Part shown: positions 12,685 to 28,345 of the stretch, piece after piece
Position numbering within the stretch: the first letter of the stretch is position 1
Layout: every line of letters begins with the position of its first letter
Origin: the human T2T-CHM13v2.0 reference genome, Homo sapiens
Assembly (NCBI RefSeq): GCF_009914755.1
Contig: NC_060931.1
DNA: 64,000 nt
Strand: one strand, 5' to 3'
Translations under genes and position numbers: made by a program
Notes under the pieces: generated by a model
The model's input: only the letters and a program-made list of their open reading frames with translations
Databases searched by the model: none
What the model was told of the DNA's origin: nothing

Positions 12685-14059
12685 TGAACTTCAGTTATTT
12701 CTAAGAGCTGTTTTGTTTGTTCTTGTGGCATGCAGTCATAAATTTCTAAGTAACAATGATTGTCTATCCTTTTCAATAATTATGACTCTTATTTATATTG
12801 ACTTAGAGATAAACAGGTATCCAAAACAACAATAAATGACAATACTCATAAAAATAATTTTGGTAATTTCTAAAACTTGTGGATAGTGTCTTTATTAATT
12901 GTGATTTCTGTTGTTTGTAAATGATTTTTCTATGTCATGTTAGGTTTTATGAATATATTACCAATTTGGCAACAATATTTGCTAGTAATAAACAATTTCA
13001 CTAGCTGCTTTTCAGAATTATTAAAGGTAGTCATATACTTTTTCTTCATTTAATTATTAACATAAGGACTTATGCCGTAAGTTTTCTGATAATATTAAAT
13101 CATTCTTGAATTATTATATCTTAGTTGCAATATATTAATGTTTTAATATAACACGAAATCTGTGCAGATTATAATCAAAATGCTTGCATGTACATTCAAA
13201 GATATTGTGTTATTTGAATTGCTTTGACTAGATTTGATGTCAACTTTACATTGAATTTACAAAAGAGAATGGAAGACATTCAATTTTTTAAAAATTCCCT
13301 TTCATGTTTTAGAATAGAAATTACCTACTACTTGTAAATTTGAAAAGACTTGTCCTTAACTCCATTGTAGACTTACTGCCTTTTGTCATGTATTTGTGTC
13401 AAACATTTTCCTGTTAGTAATTTTTGAATTGTCTAGTTAAAGGAGTGGAATTTGATATAATTGTTAATTAGAATTTTTCGACTTTAAAAAGTCATTAATT
13501 TCTTATTTTCCTCCCCACTAGTTTACTTGTTTTTGTGTTCTCATTATATTTTTCTTGATGCTTAGTGAATGATTTTGATTACCATGTATACATCTTTTCT
13601 CAGTTTAAAACAGTTTCTTCTGTTAAATCTTACAATAGTGTTTCTCTCTGTTTGTGATTTTCAGGAGCATTGTGGGATTGTTAGAGGTCTAATGCCAGGA
13701 CTCCCTTTTACTATTTCTCCTAATTTGTATTTATAGCTGCCTTTTGTCTCTGTGTTCCGAAAGACTCCAGACTTGACCTCTGCAGACTCAGTTATCTGCA
13801 TTGTCAATTATAATTTGTACCACTTTTATAGGCATATTAAATTACGGTGTGGTAATACCTATATATTGTTTTCCTTAAGTCAGTCTCTTTTATAAATCTC
13901 TTGTCTCTTGATTTAACATCTTAACCATTCATCTATTTTTACTCTCAAGGGATCCATATATTCTTTATAACCCTTCAGAAAACAAGTAGATGCTTTTAAT
14001 AAATTATTTCTTGTAATAAATTCTTTTTCAAATCTTGTTTTCAATTTCTTTATGCCATG

Positions 14060-14853
<794 letters not shown>

Positions 14854-15084
14854 AGCAGTATATTGATCTCCCTTTTTTAATTCACATTTTTTCATCAATA
14901 CCAAAATAAAATATTTTCCAAGGTAACCATTCTGAAACAAGGACATTTCCTTCTTTGATAGTGGAGCATTTATTTGTCCACTGTCATATGGATGGATTCT
15001 TCTTGTACCTGCCTTTATTTGCTTGGGGATCTCTGGATTGACCCTCTCACATTTAATTCAATGAAGGAGGCGGTATGGAAGTAA

Positions 15085-15563
<479 letters not shown>

Positions 15564-18500
15564 GAGGACACTCCTTTTAACTGTTAGAATGCTTCCTCTT
15601 GCTGGTGAAGCTGCACTGCAGGATCTTGTCCATCTTCACATGCCTTTGTTGGCATAGCTACACCTGGACTCCGCATGGCCGTCTCCAAGTGGTGATGATC
15701 TCTGGAGAACGAAGTGGGTTCATGTGAAATAGTGAGTTCTAAATCCATGTTCTCCTTCCACATTGGTCATTCCCATGGGAGGTTTCACCAAGATTTCCTC
15801 TCAAAATTCACTAGAAAAATACAGCAACGTGGCCTCATCTGTACTACCGTGGGAAGAAATGTGTTGATGGTTGGCATTCCTACCCTAGTTTCAGCAATTA
15901 TGCAAGCTTTTTCCTATTTCTGATTTTCTTTCTTCATTTCTGAGCCTGAGTGGGATTAAAAAAGAGTTTAAGTACATGCACCAAATGTAATCTCTACTTA
16001 CTGAACATCAGCTTTCCCTGTGATCCCACCTCCATGACGCTCCCCTCAGCCCAACAGTCAGGATCCTCGATCACCCTGCCCTGGAACTTTCTGGCAACTG
16101 GAGGATCTTTGCAAATATTAATGTAGTGAAACACCATAACTCTCTGTGAAATATCACTCAGAGGCTTAAAACATTGTGATCATTCACAAAATAATTACAT
16201 CCATAAAAAGTCAATACCTCCCTGAAGACTATTGCAGTGCACCAAGATTTATATATTTTCCACATTACACGAGTGAGGTTAACTCACCTATTGTACATAA
16301 TAAGTCCAGAAGGGCTAAGGGAAGGAATGAGGTTTGAAGCACACTCTACATTTCTATTAGCCCTTCAGAGAACCATCTTTAAAAGATTTATATACAATAA
16401 AGTGAACCATCTACACTATTAGAATAGTGTTTTACAACTTGCAGGTTGAAGTATACCTTAGGTATGCTAACACTTCTGATTCCTGGACTAAGTGAGCCCA
16501 AATTCCTCTCTAAAAAGTATAGGCTAAAGTCTTCATTTCCTGAATTTCTTTATTTTATCCCAGTATCTCATCATCTGCTTACTTTAAGGATGTGATATGT
16601 ATAATTTTGTCATTTAATTATTAAGCCCTTTTTTTCTTTCTTCGTCTATCATTCCAAAATCCTTTGGAGTTGTGAAGTTCCAGCCACTTACTTATCTATA
16701 TAATTGTTAAGTTAAAGCCCCTTTAAGCCACCATATCCTAATGTGGAAATTGGAAATGATGATATTTATCCTATAAGACTGTTAAGATAATTCATTGAGC
16801 TTATTACATAAGAATGGTTGTGGAATTTTGAAAGTCCATTTTCTCTCTTTTCACCTGTGGGTCACTAGGATCCAACTGAACACATATTGTGTTCCCTGAA
16901 GTGGCACATGCTGGCCTCAGGACCTCTGGCTTTAGAGTTAAAGGGCAATGGGCAAACTCTTTATGAGTAAAAGCAGAGGTCAGACTAGTGAGCATCATTT
17001 TATTTTAATTGACCTTGGTGAAAGACTGGTTCAATTGTTTGGAATTTTGACCTCTGGCTTGATGACTTGGGAGAACCCAAAAGTGCCTTTAGTTTGCCTT
17101 AAGTGAAAGCTTCGTTTAATGGCCAGCTATGGAGAGGAACAGATTTGTGTTCTGGGCTCCATAAAGTCTTATTTGGCTGCCTGGTCACTGTGACATCAGA
17201 ACTGCTCTCTAGGAACTACTTACTCCTTGTCGTCTTCTCCATGGTATGAACTGAGTTGGTTACAATAGCATTGATGGCATTTTTCTGAAGACTCCTGTTG
17301 GGGTGGATATAGACTTGGAACATGTATCACTAATCTGGAGATGTGTAGATACCACCTGAAGATTCTCAACCCCATCCTGTGAAAGTCCACCCTCAGTGCT
17401 CACTAGGTGCTGCCCAACTGTCAAGTGAGGAAGACACAAGCAAAGCAAACTCTCTTTGGTGGCATGGTGGGTGGGAGGTGGGGCTCTCCGTGGCCTGGCT
17501 TGGTCAGAGCCACTGCTGTCATTCTGCTCTGAGGAGGAGCACTCTCCATGGATCTGCCTTGTTTACTAACTTACAATCCGGGGCTTAGCAAAAGGTCCCA
17601 GGGATCAGGCACTGAAAATGCCAATTTGAACATTGCATTATTACAATGATTATTGATCTCTTCACTTAATGTTTATGTAACATTGGCCAAACCTTCATCA
17701 CTTTACACAGCATAAAGGCTGACAATGCCATTCATTATGTTCTCTAAGTAAAGAACTATTTTCTAAATAGAAATGCAACTTGATTTTAACCTAAAGGTCA
17801 AGCTCATCGTTGACATAGAATTGCAAATGAGGCCATCTTAAAAGAGAAAATAATCAACTATTAATTATTTAAAATGCTTACTGATGCATGAAATTTGTTA
17901 CATTTCCAAGTGTATTTCTAATTAAATATGCACGGATGATAAAAGCCCTGGAATCTAAATCAGCTATTAATTTCAAATCAAAATACATTTGAAATTCAGC
18001 ACTCTGAGCTTCTATTTTTCAAAACATAAAGATTTTGAGGAATCTATGCCTTGCCTTCACATTTTATTTATGTCTACAAGTTTCAGTAATATGTACCTGC
18101 TTATATTTGAAAAGAAATAGTGTAGTTATCCTTGCAAAGGCTTTAGAATTTTAGAATAACTTTAAGTCAATGTTGTTTAAAAGCAATTGAGCTAGCTTTT
18201 TGGAATATTATGTTCAAATATTTTCACTAACAAAATTAGAATAAATCCTAGCAAAAGATGTAAAAGAATGAGGTCACTGTGTTTAAATATTGTACCTTAT
18301 GTGAGTTCAAAAAAAAACGTAGATGTTTGAAAAACACAGCTAACCTTTGAAAAGAAAAAAATGCCACATTCACTTTAGGGAATGGGCAAACTTAACTAAT
18401 AAAAATTTATAGCCCTGGAATGTTTGCAAAAAAAAAAAAAATCTCTCCCACTTGAAATGTCAGAATGATCTCAGATCTCCTGTTAAGCAATTTGTTAAAC

Positions 18501-18822
18501 TTTAAATGGTAATAAATATTAGATTTAATAAGTGGAAAATTCTCAAGTAAGAATAAGGCCACTGAAGTACATTTGAAAGACGTATCTTTTAAAATTTCAA
18601 ACATCTGTTTGTTTGTTGATTAAATTATTTATTCATCCTTTTAATCACTCCTTCAGCAAATTGGATGGCTCCTAGGTGCCACGCATTGCAAGCATTGAAC
18701 TAGACTTTACTAACACTAAAACGAAAGAAATAATGTCCCTTTTCTCAAGGCCCTCACAATCTTGAATGTCAGACCCATGTGAGTAAATATGTAAATGACA
18801 TGGCAAATGCATTAATAGATTA

Positions 18823-19264
18823 TGTGGCCTTGATTGCTAATTATTCCATTAATACAACCCCACTTTTTGTTGTGATATGAAATAAAAGACATGTTTTCCC
18901 AGCTTCATTTGCTTCTAGATGTGGCTATGAGAAAAGGTTTTGGTGGTTAGATCTAAAAGGAAATGTGTAGGGACTTCTTAGAAATCACAGATAGGGTCAT
19001 GTTCTTCCTCCTAAGTGGAATATGGTCGTGATGGCTGAAGCACCTGCGACAATTTTGGGCTATGAAGTAACTTCGAGGATACACAATATGCCAGGAGCCA
19101 GAGGTGAAAGTCAGAAGGCGTCTCAATCCCTGATGACTATGGAACTTGCAAAGCAGCCCTGAGGGCATCATCTCTGAACTTTGTGTTGTGAAATAGAGAA
19201 AATATATTTCTACTTATTTTAGGGTCTTTTGTTATAGAAAATAGAATCCAATTCTGATAATGTA
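18823..19264 (+). mobile_element. Old MLT1 (I/J-type) MaLR LTR
   Basis: ttttcccagcttcatttgcttctagatgtggctatga and tccctgatgactatgga motifs. Confidence 0.5.
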
Positions 19265-19929
19265 GTATGTTTGATTATTACAAGCTAGTACCTTATAACC
19301 TTCCACATATACTCAACATGATTGTAATACACAGGTGACTCAATGGTAGAGAAAATAGTCTCCATTCCCACGGTTTGTCATAGAGAAAGACAACAAAGAA
19401 ATAAACATAATAACATAAAAAACTTAATCCTGAATAAGATATTTTTTCTGAAGAAATGATAGTGGTGGCCCCAAACACAGAGCAATAATCCAGAGGAAGA
19501 CATGAGTAAGGAAAGTTTTCACTGTGGAGTCCTAATGAGCAGAACTTTGATTAATGACTCTTTCAAAGCTTCTACTGGAGCATGGATCATCCAGGCTGAG
19601 GGTGGCACATGTGAGGGCAGAGGGACACAGGACAGCCTGGCACTTTCCAGGGCATGCAAATAACTTACTCTGCGCTGCGGCAGAGGGTACCTGTGGTTGT
19701 ATTCTGAGGTTTGGGAGAGAGGCTGGAATGAGATCATCCAGTTACAAAGAACCTTGAGAAGGTTGTGAAGATGCTTAGAAAAGTTGGCATAGATGTGGGA
19801 TTTAAAAGATTATTATTTATATTTTTAGATTTTAATATGCCTTTGGAAGACATTGAAGAATTCCATTGTTTAACATGGAAATTTGAAAGCTTTCTATATT
19901 TACAGACGAATCAATTATAACCCAAAATT

Positions 19930-20140
19930 TGTACAGCACTTAATCTGTGTGAGGCATTGCTCCCAGCTTTATATTTAGCAATTTATTTAATCCTAAAACC
20001 AATTATATAGGCCTTTGGCCAGGTGCTGTTATTACCCCTCATTTGCAGATGAGAAGACTGAGGCTCAGAGAGGAGAATAACCAGGCCTAAGTCACTTGGC
20101 TAGGAAGGGGTAGAGCCAGGAGTTGAGTCTGTGCCCTTAC
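19930..20140 (-). mobile_element. MIR SINE
   Basis: Antisense core: ttattacccctcatttgcagatgagaagactgaggctcagagagg. Confidence 0.8.
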
Positions 20141-20309
20141 GCACCATGAAAAACTGTCAGTCTCCATGAAACTAATCGTCCATTTAGATTCATGTAATAA
20201 CAAGAAGTGCTTAAATTTCCATAGCACTTAGGACTTTGGAAGGTCAAGGATCATAAATAATTTTTACTATTATCCTGTGACTTTGTTCTATCCCCTCAAC
20301 ATAGAAGCT

Positions 20310-20520
20310 AAGATTCAGTGGGGTAGAGTGACTGATCTAGCACCACTCCGAGAGATTGTGTCAGACATGAGATCTGAGCCCCAGCTTTCCTCAGAGGCAA
20401 GTTGCTGATAGTCTCTAAGTCTCAGTTTCCTCATCTGTGAAATGGGGTTAGTAATAGCACCTAGCCTAAGGCCTATAAGATTGTTTTCAGGATTTAATAA
20501 ATTTTACTGCTAGTAAAGCA
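20310..20520 (+). mobile_element. MIR SINE
   Basis: Core tctctaagtctcagtttcctcatctgtgaaatggggttagtaatagcacct. Confidence 0.8.
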
Positions 20521-20577
20521 CTATCACTCCTCTACCAAAGATAATTCTTTACTCAAAATGACCGAAGCTAAGCATTT

Positions 20578-23031
<2,454 letters not shown>

Positions 23032-25049
23032 TGAAGCTAAGCATTTAAAGCAGCATAACTCCAGGCTGGGTCTCAAAACAGGAGCCTGAAAGCAGACCTG
23101 TCAAACAGAGGCAACAGTGGCCCAAGAGAGATTACCAGAGGCCCGTCTCAGACAGTTTCCCAGGAAAGAGGCTGCCAGTTCATCAAAACAGGAGGCCTCT
23201 GGGATTCAGTGTTCATCCTGCCTTTGATGGAACTTACACAGTGTTTTACGCAAGGCCCTTTGGAGGCCTCTTTCCAGGAGTCAGCACTAAATTTTACTGG
23301 TAATCCTTTGGAAATTCTTTGTGAGTTAGAAGGACTTCAGGGATTTGACCATCTGGTTATGTTAGGAGGCATCTGCGCTTGCAAAATAACCATCGCCTCG
23401 TCAGCTATTTGAAAATAACTTATTTTAGAGGTGCAAGTAGAGGTTTTCAGCTGCATTATTAAAGCCACTCTGAAAAGGGAAATGTATTAATTGTTTATAG
23501 TTAGAAGCAAATCACTTAATATTTAATTATATTTAAATGAAAGTGTTTAAACATAGTTTCCCACAACTCTTCTTGATTTTTAATCTAGTGCTGAGGCAAT
23601 TCCAAAGTTTGTGACAAATTTTCCCTTTAAGCCTGAGTGTGTGAGCTTCTGAGGACCAATAGCTTCTCATCAGAATGGCAAGCTCTAGGGGGCATTTGGG
23701 CTCTCCTGGAATTGAGAACTCACCAGGGGCAGAGGCAGTTCATCCTGTAGAAAGAGGAGTCAGGGTCGTGAAGCAGATGGAGTGGGTTGGGCTAATGGGA
23801 ACAGTAAGATCTCAGAGCAGAACCGAGTCTTCCATCTATGACACATTCTTAGCTTCTCAGAATAGTGACAAAATAAGACTTCAGATCTCCTCTTTGACCC
23901 TCATCTCTGATAGTTGTTGGAGGATTAATTGTTCATTGAACATATATTATTGGGTGCCAACGATATGTCAGGAATTGTTCTTGGCCTTGAGAATGCCAGG
24001 GTGCAAATGACCAATTAATCCCGGTCTCTCTAATCAATAAAGTAAATGCATAATTTCAGGCTGGATAAGTACCAGGAAGAAACACATGCAATAGAGTGGC
24101 CCATGGATGCGTCGGACAGTGTTCCATCCCACGTGCCTCAGAAAATGCAGGCGGAGGCAAAGGAGTAAGTGGTACTTCCTTACTAAGGAGGGGAATCCTA
24201 TGGAAGTAAGAGTGGAGCAAAGGGGAAAGAAGCAGGAAGCATGGAAACTTATATCCAGGGGTCACGCATGGAAGAACTTATCTACCCACTCCCACCTCCC
24301 TTTAATTAAACCCAAGAGGGTCTCATGCCATGTGCTTCCAGGTCTTGCACACACATGGGTGCAGAGCCACTTGCTGAGGGATCTTGGTTGGGATAAGAAG
24401 AGGAATGTGGTGAGGAGCTGCCAGGCTGCGCTGGCATGGATCTGACCAGTGCACACAGGGATGGTCTCAGAGACAGCAGCTAAAACAAGCCCCAGTGGGC
24501 TGAGGTGCTGCAGTGAATGTGCACCCAGCTCAGCCTGCACCTCTCTGGTCTGCTTATGCCATACGTTACATTTGACTTTCATAATACGATATAGGCTCTT
24601 AATTGTTTTTTAAACAATAAGATGTCCTCTCTTCTTTCCTGGAAAAAAAAAAAAAACAGATAGCAGGCAATCAGTTGCTTTGTTTTTACTTGGCCATGAT
24701 TGCTGCAATTACCCAGTTCCTATTACTGCACAAAGAAGCACCAAGAGATGCTCAGGGAATCCTCTAGGGCCCAGACAAACTTTTTCCTGCCCCCATTGTA
24801 CAGGAACAGCTCTCACACCTTATAGTAGTCAGAGGTGATTCCCCTTGAACTAAGTAACAAGTTTATTTGCCTGCTGTTCCACAGACACAAGGAGCCCAAA
24901 ATGACCAGGTCACAGCCACGGATTCAAGCTGGCAGAAACATTCATTTCTTGGGAATTAGAGCATCTAAATCAATGGAACCTAAGTTAGTAGATGAAAATT
25001 TCAAATTTCTCAAGTAGATCACTGTTTTAGATTGGACAAGTTACACTGC

Positions 25050-26660
25050 TTGCTTTCTGGAGGGGCCACTCCAACCTGTAGATGTTGTCCCCCAAGGTGA
25101 CTTTTTAACTGAGTTTTTACATGTTACCACACAGTTCTATTAGACCAGCTGTATCTGGGTGATGCAGCTGGGTAAGACCAACACATTTCAGGTTAATGTG
25201 CCAATTTTTAGCCTTTATTTGCCACAAAATATACCCCTTGGTCTGCAGCAGCATTGAATAGGGATGCCATATTCGTAGAACTTAGATTTCATAAGTCCTT
25301 AGATGGTAGGGTTGGTTGAGGCACTGTAGGCAGAGAAACAAACAATATGCAAATATGTACATGTTCATTCCAATAAGGACAAATCACTAATCACTTCAGG
25401 ATGGAAAAGGCCATGACGCGGGCTAGTCTGATCAAAGAATGGTGCCAAGGCCTGGCTTATGCTCTTTGCAGGTTGGAAAGTCAACAGCAGTGTCACCATG
25501 CTAGTGTCACCATTTGGTTAGAGAGGCAGCCCATGTGTGACTCTATCCCAGTCACCATGACTGCTCTGTGAATGGTGAGCCCACAGTGCAGCACTAGGCA
25601 GGCCAAGGAGAAAGGCTTTACTGCATGCACAGGACTAGCCATCTGCCCATCTGGTTGTTGAAAGGCTCCTCTGGTGTAGATGGCCACTGTTGGCCATTAA
25701 TGGAATACATTAAAAATGTACTTGTTTCTTCCCTAATTTCACTTTTCTGTTCATATACTAACTTCCCCTGCCCTACCTGTACTTGACTTTTGACTTTTGT
25801 TCCTTCCTTATCTCTAATCAACTAGCCATGACTTTACCCATTGTCCAGGTCTCTGTTTCCATAGGTCAGCCCAATTCTTTCCAAATAGAATAGTGACCTC
25901 CTCTTTATACTGTCCCCAGGGAATTTTCCCTTTAATTTCTTTAAAGCTACCAACAAGTGGACCTATAATGTGTCAGAGATCCATCTTCCCCTGACACCAT
26001 TGTATTATGTTAAAATATCTGTGAACTAGGTCAGAATTCATTCCTTCTCTGATTGCTGGGCATTGGAAATCTCCCAAAATTAGTGTCATTCAAAGCACAG
26101 GCTTCAGTGCAAAACAAGTATATGACATGGGCATCTGGACTATCTAATAATAAAACTTATTCATTCTTCCCCACTTGGACCTCATTCCAAATATAACATT
26201 TTCATTAAACAATGGATTTCTCCACCACTGGTATGGCTCAGCAGACTTGAAAAGACTTAATGGTGGGTAGCTGTGATCACTCAGTCCATTGGATGTCAAT
26301 TCCTGCTAGGTTCTTGTCATTAATACTATGGCAAACTAGATCCAGTATCTCCTCCTTTTTTTTTGCAGGTCAAAATTTTGTCCAAGTTCAATGAGCCATC
26401 TTATTAGTATAATAAGATCAGTGCCAGGGTTCCTGGCTAGAACTCTGAATTCCAAGTCATGAGTAAGAGTTCGCAGGTTGTCACATTCTCCCTATCCAGC
26501 CATATATTCTGATCTTCTTCCACAAGTAACTGAGCCTCAAGATTCATGTTCACATATGTTTCTCTGGTAGCTGCAATTCCTGTGCCATTTAAGGTGTTTT
26601 TATCCAGGCATGGGTCCTGCTGAGACCTGATCTTGGTGATGCTTTGGAAGGTAATATGGG
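25050..26660 (-). mobile_element. Decayed ERVL/MaLR internal sequence (probably MLT1-int)
   Basis: Degenerate motifs gggatgccat...taagtccttagatggtag...gcactgtaggcagagaa...attccaataaggacaaatcact; abuts an MLT1 LTR of the same orientation. Confidence 0.55.
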
Positions 26661-26663
26661 ATA

Positions 26664-27236
26664 ATGTATTAGCTATTTATTGCTGCATGAAAGATTACCT
26701 CCAAAACATAGTGGTTTAAAGAAACAACATTTAGTATTTCACAGATTTCATGAGTCAGAAATTCAGCCAGCTTAGCTGGATGATTCTGACTTAAGGTCTC
26801 TCACAGGGTGCAATTTAGGTGTTGGTTGGGGCTGTAGTCTCATCTGAAGGCTCAACATAGGGAGAATCCTATTTCAAGTTCACTTATGCGGTTGTTGGCA
26901 GGATTCAGTTATCCCTGGTTTTTGGACTGAGGGTCTTATTTCTTTGCTGGGTGTTTGATGGGGCCTCCCACAGTTGCTTGCCATGCACAGCTCTCCTTAA
27001 GGCACCTCCAACATGGTATCTGGCCTTCCTCAAAGTGAGCAAGTGAGTGAGGGAAGATAGCCTAAGACCAAAGTCATAGCCTCTTTTTAACCTAATCTCA
27101 CAAGTGACAGTCATTGCTTTTGCCATATTCTGTTTCTTAGAAACTTTATTATTAGTTCCAGCCCACACCCAACAAGAGGGTATTACATAAGGCTGAGAAT
27201 ACAAGAAGGTGAAGATTTGAGACCATCTTACAGACA
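26664..27236 (-). mobile_element. MLT1F-like MaLR LTR
   Basis: Starts tgtattagctatttattgctgc; contains cagcttagctgg, tcatctgaaggctc, tttgccatattctgtt and cagcccacac. Confidence 0.75.
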
Positions 27237-27585
27237 ATAGAAAGATACAATTCTCTCTTCATCCTAAACATGGAAACCTTAAGGCATTGCTCTAACAGTT
27301 CAGCCCAAAAAACAACTGTGAGTAAAGAAATAAATAAATTACTTTGAGATTCAACTTTCATTAGCTTACTTCCCTGTTGATAAACTTTTAATGAGTCTAA
27401 TTGTCTACACTACAGAAAAAAGCCTAATATACTGAGTTTAATTCAAGTACTTTTCTAAATGCCAAAATGCAGTGGCTTGTTTAAGTTGCACCATCAAGAT
27501 CCAGAGGATGAGGGACACATTATGGATTTTATGAGCTTTGGGCAGGCATTTTTGACTTGATAGACCACTAATATTCTATGTGCAT

Positions 27586-27606
27586 GCACACACACACACA
27601 CACACA
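27586..27606. repeat. (CA)n microsatellite
   Basis: Direct inspection. Confidence 0.9.
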
Positions 27607-27824
27607 ATTTATACATATGTATACACATATATGTGCATTTATACATGTGGTTTTAAGACTGCATTGGTATAAAGACAAATATAATCCATGTTGGATCACA
27701 TTCTTTTTGTTTCTTCTGATTTTAAAAAAACACTAAAATGTTTTCCTAGGCTCCGAAAAGTGACATGGGTACTTCTTGGAGCAGCAGATTAGATTTATTA
27801 TCCCCTGAGAAGAATAAGTGCAAG

Positions 27825-27995
27825 AGTTAAGAGCATACAGTCTGGGGCAGACTGCCTAGTTTGAATCCAGCTCTGCCACTTACTCTCTGTGTGCACATTG
27901 GCAAATTCCTTGTCTGTGCCGTTTTCTCATCTATAATTTAGAGATAATGACATTACCTATCCCACTGCATTGTTGTAAAGGAGTTTTTACTTGTA
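27825..27995 (+). mobile_element. MIR SINE
   Basis: gttaagagcat...cagactgcctagtttgaatccagctctgccacttact...ttctcatctata. Confidence 0.8.
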
Positions 27996-28009
27996 AGGTA
28001 GACAATAAA

Positions 28010-28345
28010 ACTGCTCGTCAATAACTGATTTCTATCTCTTTTCAGGCACATGGGAAGGCTATAATGCCTTGACCACTTTAAGTTAGGCATGGCCATATGA
28101 CTTCATTTGGCTAAGGAAATGTTAGTGGAAGATGGGTGGTACTTTTAGCTGAAAGCATTTAGTTCTTGGTCTTGCCTCTCTGCCTTGCTTTTTCTCTGCC
28201 CCAAGGTTGAAGTAAGGAGTCAATATGATGCCCAACCAACTTAAGATGGAAATGTAACATGCAGGAAAAACAAATAATTGTGGAATTAAGCCACTGAGAC
28301 ATCAGGGCTATTTGTTACAGCAGAACAACCTACCCTGTACTGCAG
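28010..28345 (+). mobile_element. MLT1I-like MaLR LTR
   Basis: agttaggcatggccatatgact...ttaagccactgagac...tttgttacagcag. Confidence 0.55.

Noticed and set aside
19930-20520. Oppositely oriented MIR pair as a dsRNA substrate
   Set aside because: Too diverged for stable pairing, and no evidence of transcription
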